Positions 54,517-64,000 of a stretch of 64,000 nucleotides of DNA are shown one piece after another (positions within the stretch are counted from its first letter, which is position 1; every line of letters starts with the position of its first letter). The notes under the pieces were generated by a model, which saw nothing but the letters and a program-made list of their open reading frames with translations, was not told the origin of the DNA and ran no database searches. Source of the DNA: Sphyrna mokarran (taxonomy: Eukaryota); the NCBI GenBank assembly GCA_024679065.1, contig JAGIQG010000010.1:47120001-47184000 (forward strand), read 5' to 3'. The translations under genes and the position numbers were made by a program.

Positions 54517-55047
54517 AGAACTCAGTAAGAATCTAGCAACACCAATTTTAAATCCAACCGATTTATTTGATAGTAAATTTGCGAGCTTACGACACTCTGT
54601 GTCTTTGTCAGGCAAATGCAGCGTTCTGGTCTGCAATAGCACACAGGACAATAGGACGGTCTTAATAAGGATCTTGGCTTCATGACGCACTATCTGTAAC
54701 CCCCGTAACTTGCCTGGGTTAGCAAAAAACCTCACTTACTGTGCTGTCTGGAGAAAATACACAATTCTCTAACAATGCTCAGGATTCCCTTCACCCACAT
54801 TGTTAGCCACTTTAACACTTGAATAGCAGGTTAGATGTAAGGATTCGCATTCTAATCAGCAATCTGTGACTGTCTGTGTTGATATGTGTGCTATTGCAGA
54901 CCAGAACACTTCATTTGCCTGACGAAGACACAGAGTGTCGAAAGCTCGCAAATTTGCTATCAAATAAATCGGTTGGATTTAAAATTGGTGTTGCTAGATT
55001 CTTTCTGAGTTCTTACTACCCCAGTCCAACGCCGGCACCTCTACATC
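54517..55047 (+). mobile_element. Penelope-like element 3' end with inverted terminal repeat (arms 54517-54645 / 54885-55013) and target-site duplication
   Basis: TSD ATGCCTGGGTTACTG at 54502-54516 and 55048-55062. Arms 123/129 complementary. Spacer encodes DGLNKDLGFMTHYL* (54655-54699), like the C-terminus of PLE GIY-YIG ORFs. Hammerhead motif in the arms. Confidence 0.88.
54913..54953 (+). ncRNA. Minimal type I hammerhead ribozyme, intact core
   Basis: ATTTGC-CTGACGA-A-GACAC(AGA)GTGTC-GAAA-GC-TC-GCAAAT: helix I 6 bp, helix II 5 bp, palindromic AGCT helix III; predicted cleavage after C54947. Confidence 0.85.
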
Positions 55048-55529
55048 ATGCCTGGGTTACTGGGACTTTATAACTATGTGATGGTTGGAGAGATCCAAAG
55101 GAACAGGTTTCCTTAAGAGAGCAGAAATCTTAACTCTTATGAATCTTTGAAATAAGTGGTTAATCTTCCACTTCCTGATAAGTATATGACTTGAGTTTTT
55201 TGTGGGGATGTCAGTCAAATTGGTGTAGAAAAAAATTTGATTTAAGATGTTCACTTTAGAGCAACGATATTCATTATACTTTCTTTAACGGAACTGGCTG
55301 GTTGTCTAAGTTGAATGTAATTAGTGATATTCAAGTTCTTTGAATTTTCTGTAAAATTAGTTAGCTTTAAACACTGAAGTTTATGGCTTCAGTCTTCTAG
55401 TTCACCTTGTTTGATAACTGGTTCATGGGTTCAATTCTCGTACCTGCTGAGGTTATTTCTCAACCTTGCCCTGCAAATTATGCTGCTGAATGTTGCAGCG
55501 TCTGCATGTTTTTCACTTTGTTAAAGCTT

Positions 55530-55834
55530 GGGCAGCATGGTGGCACAGTGGTTAGCACTTCTGCCTCTCCATGCCAGGGACCTGGGTTTGATTCTTGATT
55601 TCGGTGACCATCTGTGTGGAGTCTGCACATTCTCCCTGTGTCTGCGTGGGTTTCCTCCGGTGCTCCGGTTTCCTCCCACAATCTGAAGGACGTGCAGATT
55701 AGATGCATTGGCCATGTTAAATTCTCCGTCTGTGTACCCGAACAGGTGCCGAAGTGTGATGACTAGGGAATAAAGTAACTTCATTGCAATGTTAATGTAA
55801 GTCTATTTGTGACACTAATAAATAAATTAAAAAA
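55530..55834 (+). mobile_element. V-SINE (HE1-like head) with alternative AATAAAT tail
   Basis: gggcagcatggtggcacagtggttagcac head, V-domain, tail cttcattgcaatgttaatgtaagtctatttgtgacactaataaataaa. Confidence 0.9.
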
Positions 55835-56100
55835 GAACTTTTTTGAGCCCTCAGTACAAAATAAAGATTGAGAGCAAGGGGCCTTTAATTAGCCTTCTTT
55901 CTGCTAGACGGCTTCTAATTGACCATCTAATGCTTGATTTGATAAGTTGACAGATGGGGAGGTGTTGGAAGTAGCAGACTTCTGTTTCCCCACCCTTTTG
56001 AAAAATGCAAAATCCAACCGCTAATGAGCTTTATCTTTTGACACTAATGGATATGGCCTCATTGGATGTTAAATGTAACCAATGTCATTGTTACTACACT

Positions 56101-56223
56101 CACCTGATGAAGTGGCAGTGCTCCGAAAGCTTGTGCTACCAAATAAACCTGTTGGATTTTAACCTGGTATTGTGAGATTTCTAATCATGCCTATCTCAAT
56201 CCAATGCCGTCATGTCCTCATCA
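56101..56223 (+). mobile_element. Solo Penelope-like terminal repeat with hammerhead motif (56101-56135)
   Basis: CAC-CTGATGA-A-GTGGC(AGT)GCTCC-GAAA-GC-TT-GTG, followed by caaataaacctgttggattttaacctggt...catcat, which is homologous to 54961-55049. Confidence 0.8.
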
Positions 56224-56399
56224 TGACTACTCTCCTCAGGGCAACAGCATTACTTGTGGCACTGGATTCTTGTGAGGACTGTAGGAACGATTCACAAGGA
56301 TTCCAGTTGTCCTTCAAACTGTTTAAGATGTTCCCTAGCATTTTGTTTTTTTTTAATGACATGCTTAATGTTAGAAGGTGACATCTGCATCATCATGAG

Positions 56400-56715
56400 A
56401 ATGGTGGCATAGTGGTTAGCACTACTGCCTCACAGTGCAGGACTTGGATTCAATTCTCACCTCCACTGTCTGTGGAGTTTGCACATTGTCACCATGTCTG
56501 CTTGGGTTTCTTCTAGGTACCCCAGTTTCCCCCGACAATCTAAAGATGTGCCGGTCAGGTTGATTGGCCATGCTAAATTTTCCTTTAGTGTCATGGAGAT
56601 TAGCGTGATTAATACATGGAATAATGGTGATAGGGCCAGGACGGGATTGTTGTCAGTGTAGGCACAATGCGCCAAATGGCCTCCTTGTACACTCTGTGGA
56701 TTCTATGATTCTATG
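56400..56715 (+). mobile_element. HE1-like V-SINE
   Basis: tRNA-like head, V-domain, (GATTCTAT)2 tail. Confidence 0.9.
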
Positions 56716-56803
56716 GCATCTCAAGCTGTAAAGCTTGAGATGCCAGTGCATTCATGTTAAGCTCCTGTTGTCAGTTGAAATTTAAAAATACTGTAATTTA
56801 TAA

Positions 56804-57034
<231 letters not shown>

Positions 57035-57818
57035 TGAGTTCTTCGCTGAGCTTGTGCATTATCAGTTTAACTGAACTAGTGACCAGGGTGGGAGATGCTA
57101 TTGAGGTCACCATTACAGAGCTTCTAACCATCTTAAGAAAGTTCTGGCTCACTCACTTCCAGCTTTATCCACTCAAATATGCCATCTTCAGGTGACACAA
57201 AGATGCTTTCAACAACAGTGTAAGAGCTTATTTGTTTTTAAAAGAAAGTGTGCATTTAGGCAATGTTTTTGTCATATATACACAGCAATGTTATTTTATT
57301 TTTGTCAGTTTTATTTAGTACCTTAAGTTAACACTTTATAGTATCAACATAACTTGGTCACAGTATGTTAACCACCTTCATTACATTTGCTATTCACAAA
57401 TTATTGCAATCAAGAATACTAAAGCTAAGTGCTATAAAGTGATCAAAAGTAGCTTTATTTTGGGCATTGACACTTTGTAAAAAGCAAATCGCAGTGCAGC
57501 TCTGCTCAGTTGTATAATGAAGGATGCATGCAAGAAATTTCTCTAAAAGTTTTCAGAAGGAACTCCATTGGCATAATGTCAAATTATATCATCAGTATGG
57601 AAGAGAACACCACTATTGATTCTTTCAAAAGATTTTCTTATTAAATAGAATGGAATGCTTTGAGAAAGAACTTTTAGCTTATAAGTTGAATTAGGTTTAT
57701 TATAATGATTTCTAATTCAAAACTTGTAAGTAATTTTTGTGACTATTAAATTACTTGAGGAACTTATTGTCACTGGATTCAAACTTATTCCATAAACTAT
57801 TATACTTGTGTTTTATAG

Positions 57819-58091
<273 letters not shown>

Positions 58092-58114
58092 TAATATTAT
58101 CTGCTCGTTCTGTT

Positions 58115-58325
58115 ACAGATCCATGTCGCTGTTTAGATGAGGAATAGGCATTCGGTGTCAAGGACAATAGTTATCCTTCAATAAGTACCATTAAAATGGA
58201 CTGGTTGTTATCACCTTGCTGTTTGGAATTTTGATGTATACAAATTGGCTGTCTCATTTCCTATATTACAGCAGTGACTGCAGTTTAAATGTTCTTCACT
58301 ATAAAGCAATATATGTCCCGAAGAA
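58115..58325 (+). mobile_element. DeuSINE-like (SacSINE1/AmnSINE1-related) 3' part
   Basis: ttgctgtttgg...acaaattggctgtctcatttcctatattacagcagtgactgca resembles the recalled Deu-domain. Confidence 0.7.
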
Positions 58326-58343
58326 TTATTTTTAAATCAATAT

Positions 58344-58652
58344 ATAGAGTCATAGAATCCCTACAGTGTAGAAGGAAGCCTTTTGGCCCATCAAACTTGC
58401 ACCAATGACAATCCCATCCAAGCATTATCTCTGTAATCTCACATATTCACCCTGCAAATCCCCCTGACCCTAAGGGGCACTTTAACATGGCCAATCAACT
58501 TAATCTGCACACCTTTGGACTGAGGGAGGAAGCAAAAGCACAGATATGACACCAGGAGTACATGCAAACTCCACATGGACAGTCACAAAATTGAACTTGA
58601 GTCCCTGTCATTGAGAAGCAGCAGTGCTAACCTCTGTGCCATGATGTTGTCC
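58344..58652 (-). mobile_element. HE1-like V-SINE
   Basis: Reverse complement of the 46460/56400 family (catagaatccctacagtgtagaagg...gcagtgctaacctctgtgcca). Confidence 0.88.
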
Positions 58653-59196
58653 ATCACTGTGCCACTATGCCAGCCATTTAGAAGAATTCATGTAATTTTT
58701 AAATGATGTTCTCAAGTATGCAAAGTTGATAACTGCTTTTTAATTTTTGTTTCACTTGCTCTTGATAACATTGGTGGAAATCTGAACTTTTGGTCCTGGA
58801 CTTATTTCAAAATATACAATCAATCTCACTTAAAAAAAAACTTGCAGCAAATATAGTGCAACATGAATTCTGACCAAAAAGCCTAATTGTGAGATACATC
58901 TTTGCAGAAATTTCTAGCCCAAAGTTTCAGTTGCAATAAACTTGCCTAAACATCGTCACAAGAACATTTTGCTTTGTACATAGTGGAAGCAAAAAGATGG
59001 CATCTTAACTGAGGTTGATTGTGGATGGTGATGTAAGTCCAGGACCAAAATCAGATTCCCAAAAATGTTATCAGATGCAAAGTAGCAAAAAACTTTTGAA
59101 ACATATCCAGTTATCAACTGTAAATAAATTGAAAGTATTATTTAAAATAACAAGAATTCCTCTCAATGGCTGCCATGTATATATTCATTTTTAAAA

Positions 59197-59430
59197 ATTG
59201 TATTTATTTAGTACCTTTCACCTTGAGAAATCCTAAACTGCTTCATAGTCAGTGAAGAATATTTGAATTGCAATTACTGTTCTAATATAGGAAATGAGAC
59301 GGCCAATTTGTATACATCAAGATCCCACAAACAGCAAGTTGATAATGACCAGTCAGTTCCAGTGATGCTGATTGAGGGATAATTATTGGCCCCCTGTTTC
59401 TCTTTAAAACAATGTCATGGATCCTTAACA
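59197..59430 (-). mobile_element. DeuSINE-like 3' part
   Basis: taggaaatgagacggccaatttgtatacatcaagatcccacaaacagcaa is complementary to the core of 58115-58325. Confidence 0.72.
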
Positions 59431-60471
59431 GGAATGAATAATGGAAGAACAGTGTTAAAGTTGCATCTGGAAGCTCATAACATCTGACCTCAATGATCTT
59501 GATCTATATCCTTAAGCAATGGCAAAAAAAGGTTGGAGAAAGAAAAAGTGAATGATGGAGGGTTAAAAAAAATGGGGTGAATTAGAATCTAATAAACAAC
59601 CAGAAGAGAAATAGATACCATTTTAACTGAGGTCATTTGTATGCTTTGAGATTAGCGTAGGACGAAAACAAAAGTTCAGATTCCTGTCAATGTTATCAAG
59701 TACAAGCTGAGAAAACACATTTAAAATAAATACAATTAACAATTTCTAAGATATTGCTAATTTCTGAATGTTTTTATGAATTGATATTAATGGGCATTAA
59801 TGTGTCATTTTTTACCTAGTTCCTGGTCCTCTATTTTCAATAAAGGCACAGAGCCTCGTGCGTTCAGTTGCCTAATTTTAAGTGTCACAAAAGGTTAGAA
59901 ATTTTGGTCCTCTTCTTAATTTATACTGATGCTAGTTTATCTTGCATGAGTACAATTGCTTGCTGTTGAAACCAAATGAATGCCAAGAAAATCCACTAAG
60001 TTGCAACTAAAACTTGAATGGAGAATTTTATCATGAAAAGTGTTGCCTCTTAGAATAAAAGCTGCTAAATCAAGCTAACAAGGCTTGGAGGCAAACGAGT
60101 TTATAACTAGGATTACAAACATGTCCCATTTTCTACACTTCATATAAAATGTTGTCCAATGATTTTGAAAATCTGTTCTTTTTCATATTTGTATTGTGAG
60201 CTTTAGCCAAGTGGCATTGTCCATTTAGGGCTTAAAAAAAACCTTTCCTATCATAAGGTTCATATTTAGTGAATACACAAGAGAAATAGCACAAGTTTTT
60301 GGTGCACCTCACCTGGCAGAATAAAGATTGTGCAATTGCTTACCACACAGTTATAAATAAGCAGTGACTATTCTTACTGACAGTTTAGTACTGAAGTGCT
60401 TCAATGCATTTGTGATACATTTCAAAATAAAAGTATTGACTTTACTGTATAAATTAGTGTAGCTTTAATCA

Positions 60472-63352
60472 AAGAACAAAGAACAAAACAGCACAGGAAA
60501 CAGGCCCTTCAGCCCAACGAGCCCGCGCCACCACCCCGATTTTCCCACCTCTACCCACGATCCCTGTCCATGTTTATAGATCTATGGATTAAAAACCAAA
60601 TTTGAGACAATTTAGGGAGAATTTGTTTTGCCAATTAGCCTAAGAGCACATCTTTGGGATGTGGGAGGAAACTGGAGCGCCCGGAGAAAACCCACAAGCA
60701 CGGGGAGAATGCGCAAACTCCCACAGACACAGGCCCAAACCCATGTATCTGCACAGCACAGAGATAGTCACTGAGCTGTCGTGTTGCCCATCAAATGGTC
60801 CAGGTCAAGCATACACTAACGACGTGAAGCAGTAGGGTACTCTCGAAAAAGATCCAAGAGCAGTCCTCTCACGACCCATCGCGTGCATGCCCCTCGTTAG
60901 ACAACAAGGTGGACCAAAGTACCTGTAGGGTAAAAACAAGTACATCAATATCATCATCTATTTACACACTTCCCAGGGACTCCCAAGGTTCATGATCCTT
61001 ATTTTAAATCAGTTTTCTATACCCCTCCATTTCCATTCTGTTCATGTGCCCATCTAAGTATTTCTTAAATAACTCCAGAGTACCTGCCTCCACCACTTTA
61101 CTTGGCAGTGCATTCCATACCCGCACCACCCTCTGTGTGAAAAAACTCCCTCTAGCATCCAAATTATACCTTACCCCCTCACCCTAAGCCCGTGACCCCT
61201 CGTGCTATTTGAGTCCATCCTAGGAAAAAGCTTAACCCTGTTTACTCTATCTATACCCCTCAAAATCTTGTACACCTCTATCAGATCTCCTCTAAGTCTA
61301 CGTCTTTCTAAGAAAACAGTCCCAATTTGCCTAATCTCTCCTCGTAACTCAGACCTTCCATACCAGGCAGCATCCTGGTAAACCTCCTCTGCACTCTCTC
61401 CAGAGTCTCCACGTCCTTCTGCAACCAGAACTGGACGCAGTGTTCCAAATGAGGTCTAACCAGCGTTTTATACAACTGCAACATTAAAGGCCAGCTCTTG
61501 TACTCTATACCCCTTCCTATAAAGGCTAACATACTGTATGCTTTCTTCACAACCTTCTCCACTTGCTCTGCCACCTTCAGAGACTTGTTCACCTGCACCC
61601 CCAGGTCCCTCTGCGTTTCTATACTCTTAATAGGTCTACCCTTTATCATATACCTCCCCCCTACATTCTTTCTGCCGAAATGCATCACCTCACATTTATC
61701 AGGATTGAATTCCATCTGCCATCTGTCTGCCCAAGCTACCAGCCTATCTATGTCCTGCTGCATCGTCTGATAATGCTCCTCACTATCCGCAAGTCCAGCC
61801 ATCTTTGTACCGTCTGCAAACTTGCTGATCACTCCACTTACTCCCTCTTCCAAGTCATTTATATATATTACAAATAGAAGAGGTCCCAGTACCGAGCCCT
61901 GCGGCACACCACTAGTGACCAACCTCCAGCTAGAGAAACACCCTTCCACTATTACTCTCTGTCTCCTATTACCAAGCCAGTTACTTATCCATTTAGCTAC
62001 CTGTCCTTGTATCCTATTTGTCTTGACCTTCTCGACTAACCTCCCATGAGGGACTTTGCCAAACACCTTACTAAAATCCAAATAGACAACATCAATGGCT
62101 TGCCCGTCGTCCACTGATTTCGTCACCTCCTCAAAAATTCTACCAGATTTGTAAGGCACGACCTCCCCTTAACAAATCCATGCTGCGTATCCCTAATCAG
62201 ATCGCAATGCTCTAAGTGCCTATACATCCTATCTCTAAGAATCCCCTCCAACAGCTTCCCTACCACCGACGTCAAACTCACCGGCCTATAATTTCCAGGG
62301 TTATCCCTACTACCCTTTTTAAACAACGGTACAACATTAGCTATTCTCCAGTCCTCTGGGACCTCACCTGTGTCCAAGGAAGAGACAAGGATTTGCGTCA
62401 TAGGCCCAGCAATTTCACTTCGCACCTCTCTAAGCAGTCTGGGATAAATGCCATCAGGCCCAGGAGATTTATCTGTTTTAATGCTACCTAGAAGCTCTAA
62501 CACTTCCTCCCTCGGTATGGATATTTCCCTCAATTGGTCCACAGCTCCCTCAGAGACAGGAGCTGTCAACAAGCCCCTCTCCTTTGTGAATACCGACGCA
62601 AAGTATTCATTCAGGATCTGCGCCATTCCCTCGGCCTCTAAGCACAGTTCCCTCCTCTGTCCCTAAGAGGTCCGATTTTTCCTCTAACCACCCTTTTATT
62701 CCTAACATAGGAGTAAAAAGCCTTTGGGTTTTCTTTAATCCTATCCGCCAAAATCATTTCATGCCCCCTTTTTGCCCTTCTAACTCCCTGTTTGAGCTCC
62801 CTCCTACTCTCTCTATATTCCTCCAATGCTGTCTCGGTTCCCAGCTGCTTCGACCTATCATACGCTCCTCTTTTCTTCCTAACCAAGTCCTCAATATCCC
62901 TAGAAATCCATGGCTCTCTAATCCTACCTTTCCCATCCTTACTCTTGGCCGGCACATACTTATCTTGCAACATTTTCAGTATTCCCTTGAAAGAGTCCCA
63001 CGTGCCTAGCGTGGACTTACCCTCAAACAACCGTTCCCAATCAGTTTCCCTAAGTTTCTGTCTAATTCGACCGTAGTTAGCCTTCCCCCGATTCAGCACC
63101 CTGCCCCTAGGGCAACAAGCATCCTTTTCCATCTGAATCCTAAAGTAGACAGAATTGTGGTCACTGTTGGCCACATGTTCCCCTACTACAACGTCAACCA
63201 CCTGTACTAGCTCATTACTCAGAACTAAATCCAATATAGCCCCTTCTCTAGTCGGGCTAGCCACATACTGTTCCAACGATCCTTCCAGTACACATTTTAC
63301 AAATTCCTGCCCATCCAAACCCCCAGCTCTAGGTACTTTCCAATCCACCCTA
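60472..63352 (-). mobile_element. Young CR1 LINE (EN C-terminus + RT, frameshifted) with long 3' region containing a V-SINE domain
   Basis: ORFs 62638..63369, 62123..62626, 61308..62159 with EN/RT motifs (FADDT altered to FADGT); ORF2 end ~61018; V-domain ~60620-60735; (TTCTTTG)n tail at ~60472-60490. Confidence 0.93.
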
Positions 63353-63644
63353 GGGAGATTTTGTTTCAATTTGCAATTTTTAAAAAATATTCCTAGCTTC
63401 GTGCATATGGTTGTCTAACAGTAAATAAATAGTTTTACATTCATTCTAAATCATCTGTTCTTGCAAACTATTTTTGGAGTATCTGTGAATGGCTTAATTA
63501 AGATTTTATGCCTATGTTCTATTTTCTTTAGTTTTTGTTACATAGCTGGGTGGGACTGTATTTGTCTGCTTCCGCTCCTGTCTATCCAGTTTTAATCAGT
63601 GAATATTTGGAATTGCTCCTCTTCCTACTTCTGCACTAAAATTT

Positions 63645-64000
63645 CATGTGTTCCCCAAGGATCAATTCATGGACCCCCTTCTATGTATTATTTGCATATT
63701 GTCCCTTGATGACATTCTGAAAACATAGCATGAGTTTCCATTTCTATGCTGAAGACGTCAGTTCTACTTTCCCTTCTGTCTTGATTCTGCTATTATACAT
63801 AGGTTACCACACTGCTTTCTGACCTCTAGAAATAAGATGAGGAGAAATTTCCTCCAACTAAATATTGGGAAAACCAAAGCCATTATCTTCAGTCCCCACA
63901 ACAAACTAAGATCTCTGGCCACTGACTACATTGTACTACCTTCAGCTTATGGCTGAACCAGACTATTTGCAGCCACGGTGTCATATTTGATACCAAGAAG
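63645..64000 (+). mobile_element. L2 LINE RT fragment (runs off window)
   Basis: VPQGSIHGPLLCII..LSLDDIL, SFHFYAEDV, FLQLNIGKTKAIIF. Confidence 0.8.

Noticed and set aside
54511-55073. Two ORFs with nearly identical peptides on opposite strands (VLLQTRTLHLPD..TECRKLANLL)
   Set aside because: Artefact of the 129-bp inverted repeat; no evidence of coding.

Overview
Vertebrate genomic DNA, most likely from a shark. This is an inference from the HE1/V-SINE-like SINEs with (TTCTATG)n tails, the DeuSINE-like elements and the dense CR1 content. The window lies inside one + strand gene, myotubularin-related protein 2 (MTMR2). Ten consecutive internal coding exons are present, equivalent to human exons 2-11 (9883-58025), all with canonical AG/GT boundaries and an open frame, covering the PH-GRAM domain and the active HCSDGWDRT phosphatase motif. 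Exon 1 and the 3' exons are outside the window. The introns are filled with nested non-LTR retroelements (CR1, RTE, Rex1/Babar, L2, SINEs). The most unusual structure is in intron 9: a ~530-bp Penelope-like insertion (54517-55047) with a target-site duplication and 129-bp inverted arms. Its sense arm carries a complete minimal type I hammerhead ribozyme and its antisense arm a core-mutated copy. A second sense hammerhead with the same palindromic helix III lies ~1.2 kb downstream. Repeat boundaries are approximate and family names come from recalled motifs, not database searches.
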